A DNA stretch of 32,000 bases from Pseudoalteromonas translucida KMM 520 (GCF_001465295.1 NZ_CP011034.1:1290001-1322000), one strand, 5' to 3'. Numbered from the stretch's first letter, positions 17,047-24,869 are shown. Notes: a model not told the origin generated them from the sequence alone. Made by a program: numbers and translations.

Positions 17047-17861
17047 GCTGCTTTCCTTGCCTTTCTCAGCTTTGCAGCATGGCGGCCTTTGCATGACTTG
17101 CTAAAGTAAATACCCCAGCCTCTTGCAAGGTCCGCTTTGCGTACTACTTTTTTATTTCCGCAACCACAAGCGCAAAGTATTTCTTTTTGATGCGGCTTTA
17201 GCTTTGGTCTTTCTGATTTAGATCCCGCTAAATTAAAGGGGGGTGGGTTATTCAGCTTTCCAACTTCATCACCCCAAACAGACCAACCCTTTACACGCTT
17301 GCGAGAGAAAAGCTCGATGCGAGGAACGTCACCGGCTAGCTCAACGCATGCTTGCCTAAACTCGTCTGGCTTTTCGCTGTGCTGGCGTACTGGCAATGCA
17401 CCGGCGTACACGCCAAGGCCCAGCACTTCATCAAGGCTTTTTGAGTCATAGTTACCAACGGCGCGTACTGAGCGGTCTGAAACTTTTGGCTTGCCTTTAA
17501 CAGCTATAATTGCTGACTCGCTGCCTGCGCGGGTCCAAAAGCCCATGCCAAAAACAGGGTTGTTGTGAACGGTTAATTTATTCCAATTAAAGCCATTCAT
17601 ATTTTTAAGCGTAAAGCCCCATGCTTTAACAACGTCCAGGGCTTCTTGTGGCATAGCGCCCACGTACCACATAACCAAAATACAATCGTCCGCGGCTATA
17701 TCATCAATAGGCATAGCTTTTAGCTCGTCTACGCTCATTGTTGATTTGTATTGATGTGCCGCACCGCTTGTCATGCTTCCGCCTGTTTTTTTATTGCCAA
17801 ACTGCCAAGCAGGGTCGCAGTAAATAAGGTTAAATTTTTGGCCTTTAAATTGTTCAAACAT
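17043..17861 (-). CDS. MT-A70-family DNA N6-adenine methyltransferase with C-terminal Cys-rich extension
   Basis: Motif LIYCDPAWQF (a DPPW variant), then Y.STMSVDELKAMPI...ILVMWY....EALDVVKAWGF......W.K...GMGFWTR..SE..I.AVKG. An extra tail CACGCGNKK...SKSCKGRH follows. Confidence 0.8.
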   Translation of the reverse strand: MFEQFKGQKFNLIYCDPAWQFGNKKTGGSMTSGAAHQYKSTMSVDELKAMPIDDIAADDCILVMWYVGAMPQEALDVVKAWGFTLKNMNGFNWNKLTVHNNPVFGMGFWTRAGSESAIIAVKGKPKVSDRSVRAVGNYDSKSLDEVLGLGVYAGALPVRQHSEKPDEFRQACVELAGDVPRIELFSRKRVKGWSVWGDEVGKLNNPPPFNLAGSKSERPKLKPHQKEILCACGCGNKKVVRKADLARGWGIYFSKSCKGRHAAKLRKARKAA

Positions 17862-17871
17862 GGGGCGCTCC

Positions 17872-18555
17872 TTAGATGCACATTAGTAAAGCGGGGTATT
17901 GCAGACCAATTGGCGCGAACGGGATTTCATCGTCGTAAAAGTCATTGCCTGGACCCATTGGGTTACCTGAGCCACCTTGTTGCTGCCCGCCATTCATGTA
18001 CTGGCTATTAGAAACGCCGCCTTGTTGCTGGTTGTTTTGCTTAGGTGCAAAGTTGCCTTGCTGCTGACCTTGATTACCTTGGCGTTGCGCCTGGCTGTTG
18101 CCTTGGTAATTATTATTACTATTGCTGTAAGAATTATTACCCTGTGCTTTATTGCCTTGATGTTGGCCGCCTTGCGGTCCCTGAGCTTGATTACCTTGCC
18201 CTTGCTGTCTTTGACCCAGCATTTGCATTTGCCCGGTAAAGCCATCAACTACAACCTCAGTTGTGTACTTTTCTTGGCCTTGTTGATCGGTCCATTTACG
18301 CGTTTGTAATTTACCTTCAACGTAAATTTGTGAGCCTTTGCGCACATATTCGCCTACGATTTCAGCTAACTTGCCAAAAAATGAAATGCGATGCCATTCG
18401 GTTTTTTCTACCATTTGGCCGGTAGCTTTATCTTTGTAGTTATCGCTTGTCGCAAGCGTTACGCTAGCTACTGCGTTACCGCTGGGCATGTAACGCACTT
18501 CTGGATCTTGCCCGCAATTACCTACTAAAATTACCTTATTCACACCTTTAGCCAT
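17872..18555 (-). CDS. ssb: Single-stranded DNA-binding protein
   Basis: The OB-fold is near-identical in pattern to E. coli SSB ([29 protein letters not shown]...DKATG...E.TEWHR...FGKLAE). A Q/G/N-rich linker and the DDEIPF motif follow, plus 14 further residues. Confidence 0.9.
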   Translation of the reverse strand: MAKGVNKVILVGNCGQDPEVRYMPSGNAVASVTLATSDNYKDKATGQMVEKTEWHRISFFGKLAEIVGEYVRKGSQIYVEGKLQTRKWTDQQGQEKYTTEVVVDGFTGQMQMLGQRQQGQGNQAQGPQGGQHQGNKAQGNNSYSNSNNNYQGNSQAQRQGNQGQQQGNFAPKQNNQQQGGVSNSQYMNGGQQQGGSGNPMGPGNDFYDDEIPFAPIGLQYPALLMCI

Positions 18556-18565
18556 TACTTACTCC

Positions 18566-18709
18566 TTACTTAGTTGTTAAAAAAATAATGGTGGCTAGCA
18601 CTAAAACGCGCACTGTGTTTACTGCTACCATTTTTAAAAAGTCTCTGCGCTTTTGCTTATCAATAGCGCTTGAGCTATTGCCTTTAATTGCCATGTAGTC
18701 GTGCATCAT
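18566..18709 (-). CDS. Possible 47-aa membrane micro-protein
   Basis: Found by manual translation: MMHDYMAIKGNSSSAIDKQKRRDFLKMVAVNTVRVLVLATIIFLTTK. Its ATG overlaps the upstream stop (TAATG), and its stop abuts the ssb SD. It is below the ORF-track cutoff. Confidence 0.35.
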   Translation of the reverse strand: MMHDYMAIKGNSSSAIDKQKRRDFLKMVAVNTVRVLVLATIIFLTTK

Positions 18710-18945
18710 TAGGCTGCTCGCTTCACTTTCATTGCTGGACTAATACCGCCAAGCTCTAAAATAATGTTGTTCATTTTTGCGCAAACGTTGAATGCAAGAG
18801 AGCGCCTTGTTGTAAACTTGCAGCCAGGTAGTGCCCAGCCGGCTTCGCCATTAACTTTGCATGCGATAATAGTTGCTTGGCCTACGCGAATATCTTTAAA
18901 ATCTTCTCTTGCGGCTATTAGTCGTGGAACGCGTAATACTTTCAT
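18709..18945 (-). CDS. Hypothetical phage protein
   Basis: 78-aa ORF in the operon. No recognisable motif. Confidence 0.5.
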   Translation of the reverse strand: MKVLRVPRLIAAREDFKDIRVGQATIIACKVNGEAGWALPGCKFTTRRSLAFNVCAKMNNIILELGGISPAMKVKRAA

Positions 18946-19001
18946 GTGAACCTCGGTTAAAAGAGCTGCGCCCGAAGGCGCTGGCTCGGTCGGAGTTAAA
19001 A

Positions 19002-20231
19002 TTAAGCGGCTAATGCTTTATTTAAGCGTTGCTCTAGCAGTTCGATATAGCTTTCAGCGTGCATTAGCTGGTTGCATATGCGGTCTAGCTCGTCGTTATC
19101 TGCGCGGTCACGGTCGCTAGGCCATAAATCAAGTGGGTCGTAACCTAGCTTTTCGCCACTTTCAAAAACAGGCGATTTAAAGTTATTGCCTAAAAGCGGT
19201 TCGTTTTGGCCCAGCATGCGATTAACGTCGGTTAGCGCTTCGTGCTGCTCAACTGGCGCTTGCTCGGCTTCAATTGCTTGGTGCTCTGCATTGCGCTGCT
19301 CGTTTAGCTGGGTCTGCGCTGCTTGCTGCTGCGCTTCAACTTGGCTAGCTGCTTGATTAGCTACTTGTTGCGCTTGCTCTACTTGCAACTGCTGCGTGTG
19401 CATCATGGTTAATTGCTGAATAACTTGCGCTAGCACTTGGTTTACTTCGCTTGTGCGGTTGCCAAACTTATCTTCGCTTGGTGTAAAGCTTTCTAGCTGC
19501 TGAATGCGAGCCATAACTTCATTACTTTGCTTGCCGAAGTAATTCATTGGGTCGTTGCGCAGGTTGCTTATACGGACCTCGATTTCTTGAGCTTGTTTTT
19601 GCAGGCGTTCTTGCTGTGCCACTGCCTCTTGCTGAATGCGCAATTTCTCACGCTCTAACGCTACTGCCTCTGCTGCTTTGGCCGCTTGGTACATGTTGTT
19701 GAGCGTTTCAAGGACTTCTTTTTTAGTGTTGATTGCTTCGTGAATAAGCTCTTTGTCGAAAATATCGGTTTCAATCAAATCAACTGACTCAATGGTGTCG
19801 GCTATAAACTTGGCTGACTGGCCTTTGCATTGCTCGACAAAATAGTTAATGTCGGCTATTTCTTGGCGCTGCTTGTTTAAAAACGCTTCGCGCTCTGCGG
19901 CCTTGCGCGCCGCTTCTTCTTTGCGAAAAGTATCTTCATCTTCAAACGCAACAACAATAGGTTTAAAAATGCCGTTAACTTTTTCACTTAGATCATCTGC
20001 GTAAGTTTTAACTTCTGCAGTAAAGTCCAGGCGGCGACGCTTAATTGACTCAACAAGCTTGTTGCGCTCAGTGCGTATTTTGCGACCTTCTTTAAAGTCG
20101 TCGTCGTCTTTCATATCGAGCGTTAGCTTTTTAGGGTATTTTTTACGTAAATCAGCAAGACCTTGCTTTGTTAGATCTTCTTGAAAAACGATTTCAACTA
20201 AATTAGTTGCAGTGGTTGATTGGTTGCTCAT
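19002..20231 (-). CDS. Coiled-coil, Q/A/E-rich phage protein next to the annealase (recombination accessory?)
   Basis: 409-aa ORF with a long heptad-like Q/E/A-rich centre. Its stop lies 4 nt downstream of the Rad52-like gene (intergenic 20232-20235). The function is not recognisable. Confidence 0.6.
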   Translation of the reverse strand: MSNQSTTATNLVEIVFQEDLTKQGLADLRKKYPKKLTLDMKDDDDFKEGRKIRTERNKLVESIKRRRLDFTAEVKTYADDLSEKVNGIFKPIVVAFEDEDTFRKEEAARKAAEREAFLNKQRQEIADINYFVEQCKGQSAKFIADTIESVDLIETDIFDKELIHEAINTKKEVLETLNNMYQAAKAAEAVALEREKLRIQQEAVAQQERLQKQAQEIEVRISNLRNDPMNYFGKQSNEVMARIQQLESFTPSEDKFGNRTSEVNQVLAQVIQQLTMMHTQQLQVEQAQQVANQAASQVEAQQQAAQTQLNEQRNAEHQAIEAEQAPVEQHEALTDVNRMLGQNEPLLGNNFKSPVFESGEKLGYDPLDLWPSDRDRADNDELDRICNQLMHAESYIELLEQRLNKALAA

Positions 20232-20235
20232 GGCT

Positions 20236-21174
20236 CTATACTCCGTGGTTTAGTTTATTTAGCGCGTCTGTATGCGCTTGGTTAACGCGAGCAACATAAT
20301 CGCTGCTATCTACGTTGGCTGATTTACAGTGACCTTTAAGCTCTTGCAGTAAGTGCTTATGGTTCAGGGTTAATACTGATTCGTTTTCCGCTGTGGCTAT
20401 GCGGTCAAAAATAGATGTGTTAAGCCAGGTGATGAACTTTTTGTTAGCCGCTAGGCTGTTCTCTTGCGCCTTTGCTTCAAGCTCAGCTTTTTTGCGGTCT
20501 TTTATTTCAACGGCCTTGTTGCGTATATCAATACGATTAAGTGCCGCAGCAAATTTATAAGCCTGGTTGTAATGCTCGCGCATTGTTTCCATGCTTGTAG
20601 CTTGCTCGATAGCATCAAGGTACTTATCAAATTTGGCCGATGGCATTGCCCAATCGGGTAGGGCAGGTGGAAACCACTCTGCATCCATTCTAGGGCCGCC
20701 CTTATTACCTTTATTTAGCGGTATGCGGATATACTCGCCATTACATTCAAAGCGATTTTGAACCGGTGCGCATGTTGCAAACTCGGTATCAAGCGAGTAA
20801 AGGTAGCGGCCAATGCCGAACTGAACTGCGCAGCGTTTCATAGCGCCAGACAAAGCACCCTTTAGCGCTTCAATTGGCGTGTACTCTGAGCCATCCCATT
20901 TAGTAATCCAGTTATCACCAAAGCGAACTTTTAAGCCGCACAAGTAACCTTTGCCGGCTGCCGCCTCCTGGTAAATATTTTCCCAGGCGTCAATACCTAC
21001 AACATCGTCAAGGCGCTGTTGAATAGCGCGGTTGGTGATGTAAGGAATAACCATTACCCAAGGCTTTTGCTTTGCAGTTACGCCGCTTTGCTGAACGCGC
21101 CATTCAATATCGTGTTCCTCGAAGGGATCAGCTAATAAGCGCTGTATTTCTGCTGGTGTTTTATTGTTGCTCAT
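20236..21174 (-). CDS. Rad52/Rad22-family single-strand annealing protein
   Basis: The N-terminal half shows the family pattern: DIEWRVQQSG...PYITNRAIQQRLDDVVG...W....GSEYT.IEALKGALSGAMKRCAVQFGIGRYLY. Confidence 0.7.
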   Translation of the reverse strand: MSNNKTPAEIQRLLADPFEEHDIEWRVQQSGVTAKQKPWVMVIPYITNRAIQQRLDDVVGIDAWENIYQEAAAGKGYLCGLKVRFGDNWITKWDGSEYTPIEALKGALSGAMKRCAVQFGIGRYLYSLDTEFATCAPVQNRFECNGEYIRIPLNKGNKGGPRMDAEWFPPALPDWAMPSAKFDKYLDAIEQATSMETMREHYNQAYKFAAALNRIDIRNKAVEIKDRKKAELEAKAQENSLAANKKFITWLNTSIFDRIATAENESVLTLNHKHLLQELKGHCKSANVDSSDYVARVNQAHTDALNKLNHGV

Positions 21175-21178
21175 TGGC

Positions 21179-21475
21179 TTAGCTCGCTAACTTAATGTGT
21201 GGTGCAAACGATTTATCTTGTTTTTTGTATGCACGAACTTGGTTAAACGCGTTCTCAAGCTGGGCCACTGCATCAGTGTCAGTTAGCTTGATCATGAATG
21301 ACTTAGCAGATACGTCATTGACGTAAATAAACACGTTAATAAACGGCGTCTGTGCGTTGGTAACTACATTTACATGCACGTTTTCACGAAAGTTGAATGA
21401 TTCAACTGCAAGCGCTGCAATTAGCGATTTCGCTTCAAGTGATAAAGCAGGGTGTGTTTGGGTTTTATGACTCAT
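21179..21475 (-). CDS. Hypothetical first gene of the leftward early operon
   Basis: The track start (TTG 21517) lies inside the predicted pL promoter. ATG 21475 (MSHKTQTH...) leaves a plausible leader. ATG 21502 is also possible. Confidence 0.5.
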   Translation of the reverse strand: MSHKTQTHPALSLEAKSLIAALAVESFNFRENVHVNVVTNAQTPFINVFIYVNDVSAKSFMIKLTDTDAVAQLENAFNQVRAYKKQDKSFAPHIKLAS

Positions 21476-21516
21476 ATTGATCGCCTGTTTTGTATAACTC
21501 ATTAAACAATGATTCA

Positions 21517-21544
21517 AAGTATATTGAATTATACAGTTTGGTCA
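21517..21544 (-). promoter_or_regulatory. Candidate pL promoter
   Basis: On the minus strand: TTGACC (21544-21539), a 16-nt spacer, then TATACT (21522-21517). The spacer contains one copy of the 11-bp repeat listed next. Confidence 0.45.
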
Positions 21545-21570
21545 AGTGGTTTGTTTAATTAATTATACAG
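21526..21570. promoter_or_regulatory. Two exact 11-bp direct repeats AATTATACAGT (candidate oL operators)
   Basis: Copies at 21526-21536 and 21560-21570, 34 bp apart. Related CTATACA words occur at 22840 and 22898 in the cI-cro intergenic region. Confidence 0.4.
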
Positions 21571-21580
21571 TCGAGCTAAT

Positions 21581-21604
21581 AAAAAGCACCTAAGTAGGTG
21601 CTTT
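21581..21604 (-). terminator. Bidirectional intrinsic terminator (t-imm analogue) ending the cI transcript
   Basis: AAAAGCACCT-AAGT-AGGTGCTTTT: a perfect 10-bp stem flanked by A/T runs on both strands. Confidence 0.7.
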
Positions 21605-21628
21605 TATTGTTGAGGAGAGTTGTTGAGG

Positions 21629-21931
21629 CTATTTATTTTTACATTTATACGCGTCAGCTGAAACGCTTGGGGAGTAACCTCCGTTTATTGAGTGCCACAC
21701 TAAATGCGTGCCCCCTAAGTCTATGGCTTGCTGTTTGGCCTGTTCTTTAGCATTATTTATACCCGTTGTAGCCGCTAACCCTCCCCAACCAGACGTTCCT
21801 GTTACGTTGGTAATGAATTGGCATCCGGTAACTTCACTTAGTACAGTTTCTTTGATTTCACCGATAGCCTGTTGAGAAGCGCAGCCAGCAATAGCGGCCG
21901 ATATAATTGCAATTGTTATTCTTCCATTCAT
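21629..21931 (-). CDS. Small lipoprotein (DUF4156-like) in the rex position
   Basis: Lipobox AIAGC, then conserved-looking C.F...V.G.S......G...A...A...A..LG..H.V......G......A.AYKC. Confidence 0.6.
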   Translation of the reverse strand: MNGRITIAIISAAIAGCASQQAIGEIKETVLSEVTGCQFITNVTGTSGWGGLAATTGINNAKEQAKQQAIDLGGTHLVWHSINGGYSPSVSADAYKCKNK

Positions 21932-21948
21932 TCTAACATCCTGAACAT

Positions 21949-22140
21949 TTATTTTTTATTGAATATATTTCTGCAGGACATAGCTACAAGCTTGGCGGCA
22001 GTGTCTGATTTTGCGTTTCCTATATTGCTAAGAATGCACTCATTAGCATTTGCAGGGGTTAAATAGGCTTGTATAGCTGCAAAGGCTATTAAGGCAGCAA
22101 TCACACTAGCTACTATTGTATTTCTAGTCTTTTGATTCAT
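21949..22140 (-). CDS. Small secreted or membrane-anchored protein in the rex position
   Basis: 63 aa with a hydrophobic leader ending PANA and two Cys in the mature part. It lies 27 nt downstream of cI on the same strand. Confidence 0.5.
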   Translation of the reverse strand: MNQKTRNTIVASVIAALIAFAAIQAYLTPANANECILSNIGNAKSDTAAKLVAMSCRNIFNKK

Positions 22141-22167
22141 TAGTAACCTCTTTAACAGTAACTGGGT

Positions 22168-22812
22168 TTAAAAATCCTGAATAACCTGTTTTACCACGCC
22201 AATGATAGTGCAGTTTCCATTAATTGGCATGGTTGGGTAGCTGTTATTAAAGGGCTTTAAATATTTGGCCCCGCCATCTATCACTAACTGCTTTAGAGTG
22301 GCTTCTTCACTATCGTTTAACATCGCTACTACAACTTTACCATGCTCAGCACCAATGCAAGGATCCACGATAATTACCGAGCCTTCGGGAATTGATTTGC
22401 CGCCGGTAAAGCTGGTCATGCTATCCCCCTTAACGCGCAGAGCAAATGCTTCGTCACTTACGTTGGCGGTGTGCTGATAAAAAATAGTATCACTAGTTTG
22501 TTGCAGCACTTCCATGTCGATCTCTTTCCATTTACCTGCTTGCACCCATGATATTAAAGGTGCTTTGCCCCTTAAGTCTGGCCCAAGCTCTAATTCCACA
22601 TTGCCTTCCGGCACTCCTGAGCCTGACGCTAACCACCTGGCATTGCATCTTAGTGCTTTAGATAGCTTTAATAAATTTTCACTTGATGGGATTACTTGGC
22701 CTGTCCGCCAGTGACTAACAGAAGCTCGACCAGTCCCTAGCTGTCTAGCAAGCTCACTACCTTTTATTCCAAGTTGGTTCATTCGTGAAATCAAGCGTTC
22801 TGAAAAGCTCAT
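22168..22812 (-). CDS. cI: CI-type prophage repressor (XRE HTH + S24 LexA-like peptidase domain)
   Basis: N-terminal HTH (LGIKGSELARQLGTGRASVSHW) and a C-terminal S24 domain with the catalytic Ser motif VKGDSM and a downstream Lys. It is divergent from a cro-like gene. Confidence 0.9.
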   Translation of the reverse strand: MSFSERLISRMNQLGIKGSELARQLGTGRASVSHWRTGQVIPSSENLLKLSKALRCNARWLASGSGVPEGNVELELGPDLRGKAPLISWVQAGKWKEIDMEVLQQTSDTIFYQHTANVSDEAFALRVKGDSMTSFTGGKSIPEGSVIIVDPCIGAEHGKVVVAMLNDSEEATLKQLVIDGGAKYLKPFNNSYPTMPINGNCTIIGVVKQVIQDF

Positions 22813-22928
22813 GGTGCCTCGCGCATAAAGTTTAGTTATCTATACATTATATTTAAATTGTGTATCTTTGTGTTGAACAATGGTTTCGTATAATCTACTA
22901 TACAAACATTGCAAACTAAGGAGCGCTC
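22813..22928. promoter_or_regulatory. Divergent cI / cro control region (pRM/pR/oR analogue)
   Basis: A 116-bp AT-rich spacer between divergent repressor genes. It contains TATAAT (22889-22894) and two CTATACA words (22840, 22898). I could not define the exact promoter or operator geometry. Confidence 0.5.
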
Positions 22929-23141
22929 ATGAAAACTCAAGACGCAATTGATTACTTTAAAACTAAGGCGGCATTAGCCAAAGCATTTACACCGCCCTTA
23001 ACGCGAGGCGCTATAACGCACTGGGCCAATGATGGCCACCTTCCTCGTGGTCGCGCTTTTGAGCTTCAGTTAATTACTAAAGGGAAGCTAAAAGTTGACC
23101 TTTCGGTTTACGAGACCGAACACCCTAAAACCGCAGCATAG
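22929..23141 (+). CDS. cro: Cro-like (YdaS/DUF1019-type) HTH regulator
   Basis: 70 aa, first rightward gene, strong SD (AAGGAG). ...LAKAF..PLTRGAITHW...G.LP..RAFELQ.IT.GKLK matches the YdaS/Cro family pattern. Confidence 0.7.
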   Translation: MKTQDAIDYFKTKAALAKAFTPPLTRGAITHWANDGHLPRGRAFELQLITKGKLKVDLSVYETEHPKTAA

Positions 23142-23153
23142 GAGAAACTATAA

Positions 23154-23681
23154 ATGCTTTTATCTAAAAAGAGTACGAGAAACGCTAAGCCTAGCGCTCG
23201 ATGCGCACTTGAAGCAGCGGCAAGTATTGCGAGTGATTTTAATGTGTCTGAAATTGCGCGCGTTATGGCTAAGTCGCCAACAACGCTTAGCAATAAGCTG
23301 AATACAAATATTGATTCGCATGTATTAACGCTGCAAGAAGCTATTGCCATTCAGAATATAACTAATGACAGTCGAATTTTAAACGCCTGGGCTTATAGCG
23401 AAGGGAAAACGGTTATTGATTTGCCAGACGTTGGGCTATCTGACGAAGAGTTGGCAGATCAGGTTTTGCATTTGCAAGAAGCGAGCGGCGATTTTGCCAA
23501 GTCTGTGCGTTTGTCGCGTGCGGATGGAGTTATTACGGCGAGTGACTTTGATGTTATTCAAAAGCGTTCTTTGGCCGCAATTACAGCAATTTTACATGTA
23601 ACGGCTGAGCTTGAGCAGATGGTTAGGCCTGATCCTAATAAGCCGGTATCAGCTAAAGCTACAGCGTTGAAGGTGGCGTAA
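23154..23681 (+). CDS. CII-like phage regulatory protein (CP76-type)
   Basis: The position after cro, and a segment ...NVSEIARVMAKSPTTLSNKLN......LTLQEAIAIQNITND.RIL.AWA, resemble the phage regulatory CII (CP76) family. Called from memory only. Confidence 0.5.
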   Translation: MLLSKKSTRNAKPSARCALEAAASIASDFNVSEIARVMAKSPTTLSNKLNTNIDSHVLTLQEAIAIQNITNDSRILNAWAYSEGKTVIDLPDVGLSDEELADQVLHLQEASGDFAKSVRLSRADGVITASDFDVIQKRSLAAITAILHVTAELEQMVRPDPNKPVSAKATALKVA

Positions 23682-23899
23682 TGAGCGATCCGGCAGATGT
23701 TGCACAGCTAGACATTGAGCATGCAGAGGCTGTTGCTATTGCGAACGCCAGGCGGCCAGAAGTAGTACCAGCCGACGAATGCATTGAGTGTGGCAATGAG
23801 ATAAGCGAGGGCCGTAAAAAGGCCATTAAAACCAATTTATGTATTGGTTGTGCAGAAATGCGCGAGTTACGTAGCAGAAACTACGCAACTCGCAGATAA
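23681..23899 (+). CDS. TraR/DksA-family zinc-finger protein
   Basis: 72 aa with CIECGNEI...(x)...CIGCAE C4 finger. ATGA overlap with the upstream gene. Confidence 0.75.
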   Translation: MSDPADVAQLDIEHAEAVAIANARRPEVVPADECIECGNEISEGRKKAIKTNLCIGCAEMRELRSRNYATRR

Positions 23900-23903
23900 A
23901 ACA

Positions 23904-23941
23904 AAACCCGCATCAGCTTTGGTCGGCACGATAGCGGGTTT
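23904..23941 (+). terminator. Hairpin between traR-like and O genes (possible tR-type terminator)
   Basis: AAACCCGC (23904-23911) pairs with GCGGGTTT (23934-23941) around a 22-nt loop. The downstream U-tract is weak (TCAATTTC). Confidence 0.3.
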
Positions 23942-23960
23942 CAATTTCAACGAGGTAAGT

Positions 23961-24869
23961 ATGAGCAATTTAGCAGAAGTTTACAAGTTCCCTGATAAAC
24001 GAGGGAGCGAAATTAATCAACATGACACAGGTGGTTATGTGAAAGCAGATATTGAGCAAGGTTATGACAGGCTAGCCCAAAAGCTAACTGACACGCTTGC
24101 AAACCCACCGGTGAAGCTAAGTGCGCGCGAGTATCAAATTGTGTTTGCTGTGATCAGTAAAACGTATCGCTGGCAGAAAAAAAATGACTGGATGACTAAT
24201 ACGCAAATTAGCAGCTTGACCGGAATTGATAGTACGAATATCGGGAAAATAATTAAAGGTTTGATCGCTAAGAAAGTGTTATTTCGTGATGGTAAAAACA
24301 CTGGAATTAACCCTGTTGTTAGTGAGTGGCAAGAAATAGAGACTAGTCAAAACCAACTAAAAACTAGTCAAAAACGACTAGTTAAAAATACCCCTAAAAC
24401 TAGTCAAAAACGACTAGCTAACTCGTCAAAAACGACTAAAAAACTAGTCGAAAATGACTGCCACATAAGAAAAGAAACTAATACAAAAGATAATAATAAA
24501 AAAATAAACAAAAAAAGTTTGCTTGAATCTTTAGATTTTTCTACTTGGCCAGCCATGCCTAGCAATCAAATTTTTGATGATTGGATTGCTATGCGTAAAT
24601 CCAAAAAAGCGAGCGTTAGTCAAACCGTGATTAACAACTTTGGGGCTCAGTTTCAAATTGCTTTTCAAAACGGGCTCAGTGTCGATGAATGTTTATCCGA
24701 GTGCATAACGCGAAACTGGCAGGGATTTAAATATTCTTGGATAGCCAATTCAAATCAAAACTCATCGCAGAGCTTTGGCAGTCAATCTAGGTTCGTTGGC
24801 GATCAACTGGCAGCTTTGCAGCATTCAGTGGCCCACATTCCAACTCCGCACGATGACGAGGTGCTTTGA
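23961..24869 (+). CDS. Replication initiator, lambda O-like
   Basis: ATG 23961 has a GAGG SD, whereas the track start 23844 overlaps traR. The N-terminal Phage_rep_O-like segment is LSAREYQIVFAVISKTYRWQKKNDWMTNTQISSLTGI. Iterons are embedded mid-gene, as in lambda O. Confidence 0.8.
   Translation: MSNLAEVYKFPDKRGSEINQHDTGGYVKADIEQGYDRLAQKLTDTLANPPVKLSAREYQIVFAVISKTYRWQKKNDWMTNTQISSLTGIDSTNIGKIIKGLIAKKVLFRDGKNTGINPVVSEWQEIETSQNQLKTSQKRLVKNTPKTSQKRLANSSKTTKKLVENDCHIRKETNTKDNNKKINKKSLLESLDFSTWPAMPSNQIFDDWIAMRKSKKASVSQTVINNFGAQFQIAFQNGLSVDECLSECITRNWQGFKYSWIANSNQNSSQSFGSQSRFVGDQLAALQHSVAHIPTPHDDEVL
24342..24520. repeat. Phage replication origin: five 19-bp iterons plus an AT-rich tract
   Basis: ACTAGTCAAAAACGACTAG-type units at 24342, 24363, 24399, 24421 and 24443, with internal dyad ACTAGTC/GACTAGT. 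They are followed by AAGAAAAGAAACTAATACAAAAGATAATAATAAAAAAATAAACAAAAAAAG. Confidence 0.8.

Noticed and set aside
17977-18309. Plus- and minus-strand ORFs (17977-18309, 17994-18248, 18045-18239, 17751-18011) within or next to ssb
   Set aside because: They are shadows of the low-complexity Q/G/N linker of SSB and of the methylase 5' end. They have no SD and implausible composition.
22265-22714. Plus-strand ORFs inside cI (22265-22477, 22514-22714), and ORFs 23095-23301, 23108-23350 and 23416-23601 around the CII-like gene
   Set aside because: They are antisense or alternative frames of well-supported genes and have no independent signals.
22868-22904. Explicit pR promoter call (TTGAAC ... TATAAT)
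   Set aside because: The TTGAAC at 22873 is only 10 nt from TATAAT (22889), and 20 nt from the next TATACA. No spacing fits sigma70 rules, so I report only the control region as a whole.
23844-23960. Longer N-terminal extension of the O-like gene (track start 23844), and similarly TTG 13633 for int, TTG 6090 for DUF692, 26587 for the YbcO-like gene, 27286 for Q and 17094 for the HTH protein
   Set aside because: Each extension overlaps the preceding gene or lacks an SD. In every case an internal ATG with a good SD or an ATGA/TAATG coupling gives a product starting at the conserved region.
24342-24460. Possible CRISPR or MITE-like repeat cluster
   Set aside because: The repeats are 19-bp dyads at 21-36-bp spacing inside an O-like initiator gene and are followed by an AT-rich tract. 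This is the classical iteron origin layout.
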